64,000 nt of DNA, taken from NCBI GenBank assembly GCA_023436175.1, contig JAEZKE010000140.1, positions 464 to 64,463 of the forward strand, given 5' to 3'. The notes under the pieces were generated by a model. It saw only the letters and a program-made list of their open reading frames with translations, ran no database searches and was not told where the DNA came from. Both the position numbers and the translations under genes were made by a program. The DNA comes from Methanobacteriota archaeon. Lineage in GTDB: Archaea > Methanobacteriota > Methanobacteria > Methanobacteriales > Methanobacteriaceae. Within the stretch, counting starts at the first letter, position 1, and each line of letters begins with the position of its first letter. Below are positions 1 to 9,791 of this stretch, piece after piece.

Positions 1-68
1 TAAAACATTGATCACTTTAAAATAAGATAGTTACGTACTGTAAAATTAATTCAACTATTTTTGGAGGT

Positions 69-494
69 TTATGATTGCCTTACCATATCTATCCAGAAAT
101 CTTCAAGACTTTTTAAAACTTTAATAAAATTATCAAGATTTGCAGGCTTTGTTATAAAACAATTCGCATAGTTATATGTTTCAGAAATATCTTCGGGAGC
201 ACTTGATGTAGTTAAAATTATAACTGGAATTGATTTTAAATTCTCATCTTCTTTTATTTCTACAAGAACCTCACGGCCGTCTTTACGGGGCAGATTAAGA
301 TCAAGTAACACTAGATCTGGCCTTGGTGCATTTTCATATTTCCCTTTTTTACATAAAAAGTCCATAGCTGCTATTCCATTAGTTACAACGTACATTTTAT
401 TTTGCATCGTAAAATCCTTAAATATTTCCTTTATTAAGCGTACATCCGCTGGATTATCTTCGACTAATAAAATTTCCACATACTCGCCTAACAT
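69..494 (-). CDS. Stand-alone response regulator (Rcp1/CheY-like receiver)
   Basis: ILLVEDN, phospho-Asp in LLDLNLP, TTS and ITKP motifs; ATG at 494 preceded by GAGGAGG. Confidence 0.9.
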   Translation of the reverse strand: MLGEYVEILLVEDNPADVRLIKEIFKDFTMQNKMYVVTNGIAAMDFLCKKGKYENAPRPDLVLLDLNLPRKDGREVLVEIKEDENLKSIPVIILTTSSAPEDISETYNYANCFITKPANLDNFIKVLKSLEDFWIDMVRQS

Positions 495-586
495 TGTATT
501 CCTCCTCAAATGCACTGTTTTATACTTCAATACTGATATACTTTATTAACACAATAACAGTTTATTATTAATAAAATTAGAAAATT

Positions 587-632
587 GTCAAAATTCTACA
601 ATTTTGACCCATCGAAAACCTGTGGTTTTCGA
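587..632. repeat. Tandem short-loop palindrome array (REP-like)
   Basis: GTCAAAATT-CTAC-AATTTTGAC (587-608) and TCGAAAACC-TGT-GGTTTTCGA (612-632). Confidence 0.65.
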
Positions 633-687
633 ATGATTTTAGGTAATTGATATTAAACTGAAAAATAAGATCTACTGAGGTATTAAT

Positions 688-966
688 ATGGATAATCCAG
701 ATTTCCAGGGTAAAAATAGTTTAGAAGGATCATCAAAAGAATTAAGGAAATTTAAAGAAATTGAATTAACTGTAGATAATTATATACTTGAACTTGAAAA
801 ATCAGGTGATTTAACTAATGTTTTTCAATTTACTAAGGAAATGGCTAATATAGTTATCTTTTTAGCAGAAAATGATAGAAAAGGTACACTATTTAACTTT
901 GTGGCGGATTATTTGGAGAAAATGATTGATAAAGGCAAAATAATCAGACAGGAAAAAGGATTCTAA
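688..966 (+). CDS. Hypothetical protein (92 aa)
   Basis: Open ORF with GAGGT RBS; no motif recognised. Confidence 0.6.
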   Translation: MDNPDFQGKNSLEGSSKELRKFKEIELTVDNYILELEKSGDLTNVFQFTKEMANIVIFLAENDRKGTLFNFVADYLEKMIDKGKIIRQEKGF

Positions 967-1100
967 CTTAAATCTCAAATTTAATCTCTTATAAATTAAT
1001 TTTACTTAAAATATATATGTTTTAAACCATTTGGACAGATAAATAATTTTTAAAAACATTAAAAAAATAGAAAGACAGATAAAAAAAGTGTAATACCACT

Positions 1101-1270
1101 CGATATGCAAAACTATATAAATCATTGAATTAATATTTAAATTGTATCTTAAAAAGACCCCTTTGGACATGAAGCCCCTAAAGTGTCTAAAGTGATACCC
1201 TATTTTTCTTGAAAAAAAGAGTAGCTACAGTTGTTTCCAAAATGGGAATAACTGGAACTACTTTTTTTAA
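1101..1270 (+). ncRNA. Candidate small RNA, copy 1 (promoter, two hairpins, U-tract)
   Basis: CGATATGCAAAACTATATAAATCATT promoter; hairpin 1161-1192; second hairpin ~1228-1254; T-run ~1262-1268; homologous to 36190-36371 and 36440-36540. Confidence 0.55.
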
Positions 1271-1383
1271 TTTATACAAAAGAGCAGAACCTTTAGATCC
1301 ATTGACTCATTAACAGAACAGTGATCCTTTATATAGAATAATCTTATTTCAATGATTATAAAAAAATAGGCTGAGTAAGTTAA

Positions 1384-1635
1384 TCAGTCATTTAATCCCA
1401 TTAAATTAGAATAATCCTCTGGTTTATACCCTACAACTACTTTATCTCCAATTTTTACAAATGGAAATCCATTAGCACCATACCTTCGCATTTCCTCTAA
1501 TATTTTAGTGCGCTCTTCATCGTCTGCTAAATCAAAATCAGTATATTCAAAGGGTATATCATGATCTTTAAAGAATTCTTTAGTTTTTTTACACCATGGA
1601 CAGGTGCTTAACGTATACATCTTTACTTTTTCCAT
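1384..1635 (-). CDS. Glutaredoxin-like (NrdH-type) redoxin
   Basis: CPWC active site, GFP(F)V cis-Pro loop, VVVG; GGAGGT RBS. Confidence 0.9.
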   Translation of the reverse strand: MEKVKMYTLSTCPWCKKTKEFFKDHDIPFEYTDFDLADDEERTKILEEMRRYGANGFPFVKIGDKVVVGYKPEDYSNLMGLND

Positions 1636-1824
1636 AAATTTACCTCCAGTATGATTTTGAAGTAATATTAAGCAATTAAATAACTATGACGACTTAAATA
1701 TCACTTTTTATATTTGTTTTAGTTCCATGTTTATCTTATTATTTATGGGATAATATTTATTAATTTCGTTTCGTGCCAAATAAAAAGAGTTTTAAATTGA
1801 AATTTATTATTTTATAAAAGCAAA

Positions 1825-2721
1825 TTACCCATTTAAAAAGTTAAAACACGCATTAATTAATTTGTTCGAATTAGAATAAACGTCAGAATATCCTGCCCAT
1901 TCTGGAATCTCATAAACAAACACAGGAGTTCCCGTAGCTGCTATGGGACTGTCAACCTTATTAATGGATGTACTTTCTGCTTTTTCATCCGTGTTTCTTG
2001 GATAATAATTAAAATCAGGTAAAATATCATGGACAGCTTCAGCAAGGTTTACAGATTGTGCATCCATCGTTGGTGTGGCAATGTAATATCCACTACCATA
2101 ACCCTGTCTGTGATTGTGGCAAATTATCACTAAATCATAATCTGATTTTTCAATATCTGGAACCACGTACTGTGCAACAAGTGCTTCACCATTATGACGC
2201 CCTATTGTGAAATCATTTGGGCTACTTGTAACGTTAATAATGTAATTTACAATTTCAGCATTATGTGCAATTGCATATGACTTGATAACATTTGGTACAA
2301 CTGTTTTAGCAGAAATTTCCCTAGGATGCATCCCAGTTATAATCGCTATTTTAGGGCCGGATGCACAATAATGGGAATACACATCCTTGGTTACATATCC
2401 CATACTATTTGAACCTAAAAAAGAATGATCATGGTTTATTGAATTATGTAAACCCAATAGATTTGAGAAAATACTGGCTGGAAGGAGTAATAAAAAAGTT
2501 ATTATGCATAGAGCAATTAAAATGAAGACGGTTTTGATTAAAGGACTTCTATTTTTCTTAGTTAAATATACATCTCTATTTGGATAGTATTCATCGATAT
2601 CATTAACTAGTACTAAATCGCCACCGCATACGCTGCAAGAATTAAATTCGTTAGGATGCTCACTTTCTTTAAGTTTATAGTATCCATTACATTTTTTGCA
2701 TATTAAATAATATTCAGGCAC
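1825..2721 (-). CDS. Membrane-anchored protein: zinc ribbon, TM helix, M14/AstE-like metallopeptidase-like domain
   Basis: CKKC..CSVC; hydrophobic segment; IITGMHPRE (HxxE) and IICHNH. Confidence 0.6.
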   Translation of the reverse strand: MPEYYLICKKCNGYYKLKESEHPNEFNSCSVCGGDLVLVNDIDEYYPNRDVYLTKKNRSPLIKTVFILIALCIITFLLLLPASIFSNLLGLHNSINHDHSFLGSNSMGYVTKDVYSHYCASGPKIAIITGMHPREISAKTVVPNVIKSYAIAHNAEIVNYIINVTSSPNDFTIGRHNGEALVAQYVVPDIEKSDYDLVIICHNHRQGYGSGYYIATPTMDAQSVNLAEAVHDILPDFNYYPRNTDEKAESTSINKVDSPIAATGTPVFVYEIPEWAGYSDVYSNSNKLINACFNFLNG

Positions 2722-2909
2722 TATTTTTCATTTATTGGAAGTTATTTTTATATTTTTAACAAAATAATAATTATTAAAGTCCATATCCTTTTTTTCATAG
2801 TTATTGGCTATGATATTAAATTATATTATGTTTACGGCGATAATATAAAATAAGATATTATTATGTGGTATATACTCAATATATAAAAGAGATTTAATTT
2901 ATTAAAATT

Positions 2910-3368
2910 TTAAACTACCCTCTCAATTTCTGCATCCCAAATTTCCGAATTTTTTTTAATGAATTCATTCATGATATCTTTACATTCTTTTAAATTCAGA
3001 TTAGTTAATTCAACTCCATTTTCCTTTAAATAACTTTCTGGCCCTTTAAGGGTTTCATTTTCTCCCATTACAACTTTTGGAATTTTATAAAGTAATATGG
3101 CACCAGAACACATTTCACAGGGGGATAAAGTGGTGTAAAGCGTGCAATTTTTATAATCTTCCCCTTTTAATTTTCCTGCATTTTCAATACAATCCATTTC
3201 ACCATGTAAAATTGAAGAGTCATTCTGCAGTAACCTGTTATGTCCACGACTGATGATTTCGCCATTTCTAACTAAAACTGCACCTATTGGAATTCCGCCT
3301 TCTTTTAACCCTTTTTTTGCTTCTGCGATTGCTTTATTCATGAATTTATAATGTTTTTCCATTATCAA
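2910..3368 (-). CDS. Nucleoside/cytosine deaminase
   Basis: PIGAVL, HGE and PCEMC zinc-deaminase motifs. Confidence 0.9.
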   Translation of the reverse strand: MIMEKHYKFMNKAIAEAKKGLKEGGIPIGAVLVRNGEIISRGHNRLLQNDSSILHGEMDCIENAGKLKGEDYKNCTLYTTLSPCEMCSGAILLYKIPKVVMGENETLKGPESYLKENGVELTNLNLKECKDIMNEFIKKNSEIWDAEIERVV

Positions 3369-3546
3369 GAACTCATCTCCATAAAAGTAATGCTTATAAT
3401 ATCCCCCAGATAATATTTACCTCAATTTCTATAAGTTTAAGGACATGTTTATTATGTGAAACTGGGCACATTAATCTTTAGGATTGATAAATAATTGTGA
3501 GTACAAGTAATTATGTAAGATTATTTATTCAATATTAGGTGGAAGA

Positions 3547-4344
3547 ATGGCAAGAGTAATAGTTGTAGCTTCAGGAAAAGGCGGGGTTGGAAAAACAACC
3601 ATAGCAGCAAATCTGGGGATAGCTTTATCTCTTCAGGGAGAAGAAGTTGTAGTCCTGGACTTAGACGTTGCAATGGCTAATTTAGAATTAATTCTTGGTT
3701 TAGAAAATCAACCAGTGACCTTACAAGATGTCTTGGCTGGAAGAGATATGATACATAATGCAATATATGAAGGCCCCGGCGGAGTAAAAATTGTTCCCGC
3801 AGGACTCTCACTTTATGGTCTTAAAGATATGAAATTAGAAAGACTGGAAGAGGTTTTAGAAACACTTACTGAAGATATAGATATACTCCTTATAGATGCA
3901 CCTGGCGGACTTGAAAGAGATGCACTGGCAGCATTGCAGGTTGCAAATGAATTGGTTCTTGTTACCACTCCTGAAATAACTTCTTTAAGTGATGCTTTAA
4001 AGACAAAAATTGTTGCAGAAAAAATTGGAATAGATATACTTGGAGTAGTTATTAACAAAGAACGCTCTGGTAAAGAATTTTTAACGCCTGATGAAATCCA
4101 GACTATTCTTAACATACCGGTAATTGCAATCATTCCAGAGGATAAAGAATTAAATATAGCATCTGCTTCAGGAAATTCGATTTTAGAAAAAAATCCCAAA
4201 TCAAATACCTCTAAGTTAATTTTAAGTCTTGCATCAAGGGTTATTGGAAAATATACTCTTGAGAACGATTTATCAAGCAAAGGAATAGTTTCTAAATTTT
4301 TCCAGACTGTTTTCAGTAAATATCTAAATGTAAACAAATCTTAA
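3547..4344 (+). CDS. minD: MinD-family ATPase
   Basis: SGKGGVGKTT deviant Walker A, DLD, IDAP motifs. Confidence 0.88.
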   Translation: MARVIVVASGKGGVGKTTIAANLGIALSLQGEEVVVLDLDVAMANLELILGLENQPVTLQDVLAGRDMIHNAIYEGPGGVKIVPAGLSLYGLKDMKLERLEEVLETLTEDIDILLIDAPGGLERDALAALQVANELVLVTTPEITSLSDALKTKIVAEKIGIDILGVVINKERSGKEFLTPDEIQTILNIPVIAIIPEDKELNIASASGNSILEKNPKSNTSKLILSLASRVIGKYTLENDLSSKGIVSKFFQTVFSKYLNVNKS

Positions 4345-4495
4345 ATTTTTATAATTTTTCTTTTTAATCTATTATCAGATCATTATCTTTTATAGATGTT
4401 TTTTAGAAATTTAATGGGCTCTTTGTACAAAATTTGGATATTTAAACCTTTAATTAAACAAAAGAGTTATATATTTTATTACTAATTTATATTAA

Positions 4496-4550
4496 GGGAG
4501 GCATAGAGGCACTTCAAACCACCTTCATGTCAACTCCATCTATGCCTCCC
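4496..4550. ncRNA. GC-rich hairpin, candidate small RNA
   Basis: Perfect 12-bp IR GGGAGGCATAGA/TCTATGCCTCCC around a 31-nt loop; TATA-like TTATATA ~25 nt upstream. Confidence 0.4.
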
Positions 4551-4813
4551 AATTAATTTGATAATAAAACTATTTATGTTTATGGTAACTATTCCAATCA
4601 GTTTTACAATTTAAGTATATATTACTATTTCCAGTTAACTTTCTTCGAAATTTCTACTTTTAAAATAATTAAATTTCTATTATTAGGATTTTTCAGAGAA
4701 AATATCATGTTTTTATAAGTTTTTATGATTAATATCCGCTACATTAACTGTATTACAAAAACAAATATTAAATACCCACTATTAACTACAATAAAATAAA
4801 AGGGGATATTAAA

Positions 4814-5446
4814 ATGGAACAAAAAATTATAATAGTGGGAATTGTACTGATAACAGCGTTTCTTTTAATGGGATCTGCATCAGCAGCAACATTCACATTA
4901 CTTGGTAGTGATTCGTCATATAGTTATTCTAATAGTGCTTATAGTTTTAATATTTATTTTGATACCTATGGCGGGTTTGTTTCAACATATGATTACAGAC
5001 AAATATCTTCCGTAAAAATCACAGATATTTATGGACGAACAAAAACATTAGTACGAAATATAAATTTCACAAATACTAAAAATAGTTATGGTTACAGTAC
5101 TGATATTGATATTGATAAATACAAACTTGGATTATCTTCATTAAAAAGTGTACAAGTGAATTTTATTAAACAACCAGATTTAAGGATAGCTGCGACTAAA
5201 AAAAGTGGTAATTATTATTATATCACAGTAAAAAATTATGGTGATGCTACAGCTCGAAGCAGTTATTTAGGTACTTATATTTACGCCCATACAACTAAAA
5301 AAACTTATATTCCTTATTTGCAACCAGGTCAATATAAAACAGTTAAAGTATACGCTAATTCTTATTACTCCAAAACATTTAAAGCAGATTGTACGAATTT
5401 AGTTAATGAAATATACGAATATAACAATGTTAAATACACAATTTAA
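4814..5446 (+). CDS. Secreted Tyr-rich protein with C-terminal CARDB-like domain
   Basis: Signal peptide ending ASA; PDL..TVKNYG..AD..N.VNE.YE.NN CARDB pattern. Confidence 0.75.
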   Translation: MEQKIIIVGIVLITAFLLMGSASAATFTLLGSDSSYSYSNSAYSFNIYFDTYGGFVSTYDYRQISSVKITDIYGRTKTLVRNINFTNTKNSYGYSTDIDIDKYKLGLSSLKSVQVNFIKQPDLRIAATKKSGNYYYITVKNYGDATARSSYLGTYIYAHTTKKTYIPYLQPGQYKTVKVYANSYYSKTFKADCTNLVNEIYEYNNVKYTI

Positions 5447-5741
5447 AAGTCTACTATTTTTCTAATTTTTTTGAAAAAATAATGCAGCTGCAATGAATAA
5501 ATTAATCAATCTATAGTTAGAAAACATCTAAGTTCTATAAAATAAAAGAGAATATAGGATTAGATTGATTTAAATCTATGATACAGGTAATAGTCTTTGT
5601 ATAATCTGATTGAAATTTTAAAGTAATTTTATTAATATTTGAAGTCATTCATCAATCAATAAAATCTATATTTAAGGATTTAGAAATTGGATTTGGTTTA
5701 AGTGTTAATAATTCAATTTCAACCCTGTTAAAATTAAATAA

Positions 5742-6014
5742 TTAACTTTCGGTTATTGGAATTTTCCAGAGATAACCGACCTTTTTTGGTTTTTCCTGTT
5801 TATTTCCCCTTGTTTTCTTTTTTTTCACGTGAGCTTCGCTGCCTTCCCATGTTCCAACTGTTTCATCTAGATATTTGGCAATTTTTTCGCTGTATTTTCT
5901 TGTTCCAATGGTGTAATTATCAGCTTCATTTCGAATATAACTGATTCCATCTCCTTCTTCTTCCATTACCTTGGATATTTTCATTAATTTTTCATAAAAT
6001 TTTGCAGATACCAT
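5742..6014 (-). CDS. Hypothetical protein (90 aa)
   Basis: ORF with GAGGAG RBS; no motif recognised. Confidence 0.55.
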   Translation of the reverse strand: MVSAKFYEKLMKISKVMEEEGDGISYIRNEADNYTIGTRKYSEKIAKYLDETVGTWEGSEAHVKKKKTRGNKQEKPKKVGYLWKIPITES

Positions 6015-6341
6015 GCGTTTTCTCCTCTTTTTTATTTTCAGCTAATGAACATTTTTTATGTCCAACTACATCTTCATACATATTACTATAACTCTGTCTT
6101 TAATCCATTAAAAATGTTATATTTCGTTATTATTATTTTAGACATCATTACATCACTTTAGAAATTAAAATACTTAAAATGTTAATTATTTACAATATAG
6201 TTACCCTATGTATGAAAATTTCTAAATTAACTTCTTATCTTACACAAAATAGAGTTAATAAAGTTAAAATCCATTTAGTTGAATACGGATTAATTTTAAT
6301 ATGAAAAGGAATGAATATTTATTCCCTTTACTAATTTTTCT

Positions 6342-7382
6342 TTAATATTTGAGTTCTTCTGGAACAATATCTAAAATAACTTTTTTAGATCCTCTAATAA
6401 CTGTTAATTTAGATTCTACATCGATTTTATCTTCTGTGAGAAATTTATGGAGATCATCTACTTCTTTCACTGGTTTGTCGTTAAAAGCTATTATAATATC
6501 ATCCTTAGCCAATCCTGCTTTTTTGGAAGGTCCATCTGCTGTATTAATTACTTTTACACCCAAGTCTGAAGATAGATCATACATTTTAACAGCAGAATCT
6601 TTTAAAGTTATGTTTTGACATGAAACTCCAATATAACCGCGCTTAATTTTACCTTCTTTTACAAGCTGAGCTGCAACAGGTTTGGCTATGTTAATTGGAA
6701 TAGCAAAACATATTCCCTGAGCTGGCAAAATAAGTGCAGTGTTAACTCCAATAACTTCTCCCCGTGAATTAACAAGAGGACCTCCAGAATTACCCGGATT
6801 TAATGCTGCATCCGTCTGGATAATATCATCAACTAATCTTCCAGTTTTTGTCCTTAGAGAACGTCCCATTGCACTTATAACGCCCGATGTCACTGTGCAC
6901 TGGAAGCTGTATGGATTTCCTATGGCTATTACAAGTTGACCAACTTTTATATTTTGTGAATTACCAGTTTGAACTGGTACAAGACCTGTAGCTTCAATTT
7001 TAATAACAGCTAAATCTGTATGGGGGTCATCTCCAATGATACATGCAGGAAAACTTTCACCATCTGAAAGGACTACTTCAACTTCACTGCATTTATGCAC
7101 CACATGACTGTTTGTGAGTATGAAACCATCTGAAGTAAAAATAAAGCCTGAGCCACCAGCTTGAGCTTCATTAGGCATATTCTTGTATCCTTTCTTTTTT
7201 AAATCTTTTTTTACATTTACTTTCACTACAGATGGGCTCACTCTTTCAGCGGCATTGATTACAGCCTGAGAGTATGCATCATAGAGTTCAGTATCACTGT
7301 AGTTATTTGACTCAGATATCCATGAATCAAGTAATGATGCTGTTTCATCAGAAAAATTCAATGCATTTTTAGATTTATTCAT
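6342..7382 (-). CDS. HtrA/DegP-family serine protease with PDZ domain
   Basis: TNSHV, DLAV and GNSGGPL catalytic triad motifs; C-terminal PDZ. Confidence 0.92.
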   Translation of the reverse strand: MNKSKNALNFSDETASLLDSWISESNNYSDTELYDAYSQAVINAAERVSPSVVKVNVKKDLKKKGYKNMPNEAQAGGSGFIFTSDGFILTNSHVVHKCSEVEVVLSDGESFPACIIGDDPHTDLAVIKIEATGLVPVQTGNSQNIKVGQLVIAIGNPYSFQCTVTSGVISAMGRSLRTKTGRLVDDIIQTDAALNPGNSGGPLVNSRGEVIGVNTALILPAQGICFAIPINIAKPVAAQLVKEGKIKRGYIGVSCQNITLKDSAVKMYDLSSDLGVKVINTADGPSKKAGLAKDDIIIAFNDKPVKEVDDLHKFLTEDKIDVESKLTVIRGSKKVILDIVPEELKY

Positions 7383-7853
7383 TTTATAGCCCCTGTGATT
7401 TTATTATTTAATTTAAATCTATATAATGGATTAATATGCTTTATTTTCGTTAATTATAACTTGAATATTAATTTAGAAGATATAAATATTTTAGTTAAAT
7501 TTTGTTATTATAATAATTATTCGCATAAGTATATATAAACATTTTGTTTTAAAAATAATTTTTTAATTTCTTGAAATCCTTTAAAAAAGAAATAGAATGA
7601 GTATTCAGGGCTAAAAATTAAAGTACATGTTTTGTTAATTAATATATTAATTGACAAGGAAAAGTATTATATTTAAAGCAGATATTACAATTTGTGTAAT
7701 ATATTGATCTATACATGCCAATTATATTCTATGGAAAAGAATATACTAATGATTTAACAGATAATAACAATAAGGACAATATGATTACTAATTTTAAATT
7801 AGTAACCTGTAGGGGGAGTATGGAAAAATAATGATAAGAAGAGGGGTGATACT

Positions 7854-8030
7854 ATGGTAAACACAGGTCTTGGAAATAATTTTGAGATTAGTCATTGTCC
7901 AAAGTGCTATACCAAAAAATTAGGCATTATTGACCTTGATGGGTACAATCAGATCTTAGTATTCAAATGCAATGAATGTGGAGAAGAATTTACAAGACCA
8001 GTTGAAATGATTCTTTCAGATATCTATTAG
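7854..8030 (+). CDS. Small zinc-ribbon protein (58 aa, not in ORF track)
   Basis: MVNTGLGNNFEISHCPKCYTKKLGIIDLDGYNQILVFKCNECGEEFTRPVEMILSDIY*; CPKC and CNECG knuckles; GAGGGGTGAT RBS. Confidence 0.75.
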   Translation: MVNTGLGNNFEISHCPKCYTKKLGIIDLDGYNQILVFKCNECGEEFTRPVEMILSDIY

Positions 8031-8457
8031 ATACACATATTAAACATTATTACAGTTATTATAAAGTAATGTTTGATTCATTAGGCTAGTAAGTGCTTTT
8101 AAGCCTTAAGTTTTTTATTATTTGGACTAAAATAGTCTAATATAAGTTAATTTATATAATGAATATTTAAATTATTATTTTTCATTTAACGTAATTCTAT
8201 AAAGAAAATAACATATAACCCTATTTTAAGGATAAGAATTCAAATATAAAGGTTATTTAAATTAAATATCCAATTTATAACTGTTTACTATCTTATAGAA
8301 AAAATAAAATAGTAGCTGTTCTATATCAATATATAATTTGATGAATTAGATGCTATATCCATAAGAGCAGATAGTGCAATGAGTTAAACTATTACAATTA
8401 TAAAAATATTATTTTTGTGAAAATAATTTTGTTAATTTTTAGTATAAAGGGAAAAGC

Positions 8458-9417
8458 ATGTTAAATCCAAAATATAAAATTATAAAAAACTTTAAATTTA
8501 AATCTGGGGAAGTTTTACCTGAATTAAAATTAGAATATGCCACATTTGGAAATAAAAAAACAGATCATGATGGAAATATTACCAATGGAATAGTTTACCT
8601 TCATGGTTCATCTGGAGATTACTCGTCTGTAAAACGTGTGAAAGATATTTTAGGCCCTGGAAAGGTTATTGATACCAATGACTATTTTGTAATCTGTCCT
8701 ACATCTTTAGGGAATCCAGGATCCTCATCACCATCCACATCGGGCATGGGGCACTTATTCCCAAAATATACGGTTGAAGATATGGTAGATGCAATATACA
8801 CTCTTTTAACTCAAAAATTAAATATTAAACATTTGAAAGGCATTATTGGTACTTCAATGGGTGGTTTCCTGGCACTCCAGTGGGCTGTAAAGTACCCTGA
8901 TTTTATGGAATTTATTATACCCATTACTACAAGTTCTACTTCAAGGGGTCAGAATTATGCAATATCTACTATAATGAATAATTATATTAAAAATGATCCT
9001 GATTATAAAGATGGCAAATATGAACATAAACTCAAAATAGGACCTCAAAATGCAATGGTGCTCCTGTATTTATTTGGTTTTTCGCCAGCTTACTATAAAA
9101 ATTCTTCAAATGAAGAAGTTCTTGAATCCATTCATGAAATGGAGGTAGAAGGAGCTAATTCTGATGCAAATGATATTATATGGCAAAATGAAGCCACAAT
9201 TTCGTATAATCTAAGCGATGAACTGCACAGAATTAAAGCTAAAACACTCGTTGTTGGAGTTAACCAGGATCAGTATTTCCCTCCAGATATTGATGTGATA
9301 CCACTTTCAAAATCAATAAAAGGATCTAAGCTTATTTTATATGATTCAATACTTGGACATTTAGGATCGAGTGAAATAAAAAAAGTAGAACCAATAATTG
9401 CCGATTTTTTAAAATGA
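8458..9417 (+). CDS. Homoserine O-acetyltransferase-like alpha/beta hydrolase
   Basis: GTSMGG nucleophile elbow, DQYFP, GHL; MetX-like N-terminus. Confidence 0.8.
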   Translation: MLNPKYKIIKNFKFKSGEVLPELKLEYATFGNKKTDHDGNITNGIVYLHGSSGDYSSVKRVKDILGPGKVIDTNDYFVICPTSLGNPGSSSPSTSGMGHLFPKYTVEDMVDAIYTLLTQKLNIKHLKGIIGTSMGGFLALQWAVKYPDFMEFIIPITTSSTSRGQNYAISTIMNNYIKNDPDYKDGKYEHKLKIGPQNAMVLLYLFGFSPAYYKNSSNEEVLESIHEMEVEGANSDANDIIWQNEATISYNLSDELHRIKAKTLVVGVNQDQYFPPDIDVIPLSKSIKGSKLILYDSILGHLGSSEIKKVEPIIADFLK

Positions 9418-9707
9418 GGAGATTAAAGATGAAGGTTAAAATTGTTGATTACGGAGTTTCAGATAAGCCTGAGAAGTACTATGTGACTTATAAAATTACT
9501 GATATCACTGAAGAATCAATAAATAAACTTAAAAACATTGTTATGGAAGAATTATATTCTAAATCTGGAGATTTATATTTAACTGCCTATTTTGATGAAG
9601 AATATTATCCCTTTAAAAGTGAAGAATCAAAGTACCGCAGTGAAGATTTCATAGCAAGGGAAGAAATTGAAATGTGGGCATATTTAATGAGTCTTTTAGA
9701 AGATTAA
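9414..9707 (+). CDS. Conserved hypothetical protein (DUF5750-like)
   Basis: YPF.SEE...EDFIAREEIEM pattern recalled from Methanobacteriales proteins; ATGA overlap with upstream gene. Confidence 0.6.
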   Translation: MRRLKMKVKIVDYGVSDKPEKYYVTYKITDITEESINKLKNIVMEELYSKSGDLYLTAYFDEEYYPFKSEESKYRSEDFIAREEIEMWAYLMSLLED

Positions 9708-9791
9708 TTAAGTTTTTTAATGTAAAATCAACTATGTAAATTTCATTTTCTATATTGATAATATTATATTTATCCAGGAGAAATTAATAAA

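Noticed and set aside
1169..1195. MKPLKCLK micro-ORF inside the copy-1 hairpin
   Set aside because: The ATG is not conserved in copies 2 and 3, whereas the base pairing is
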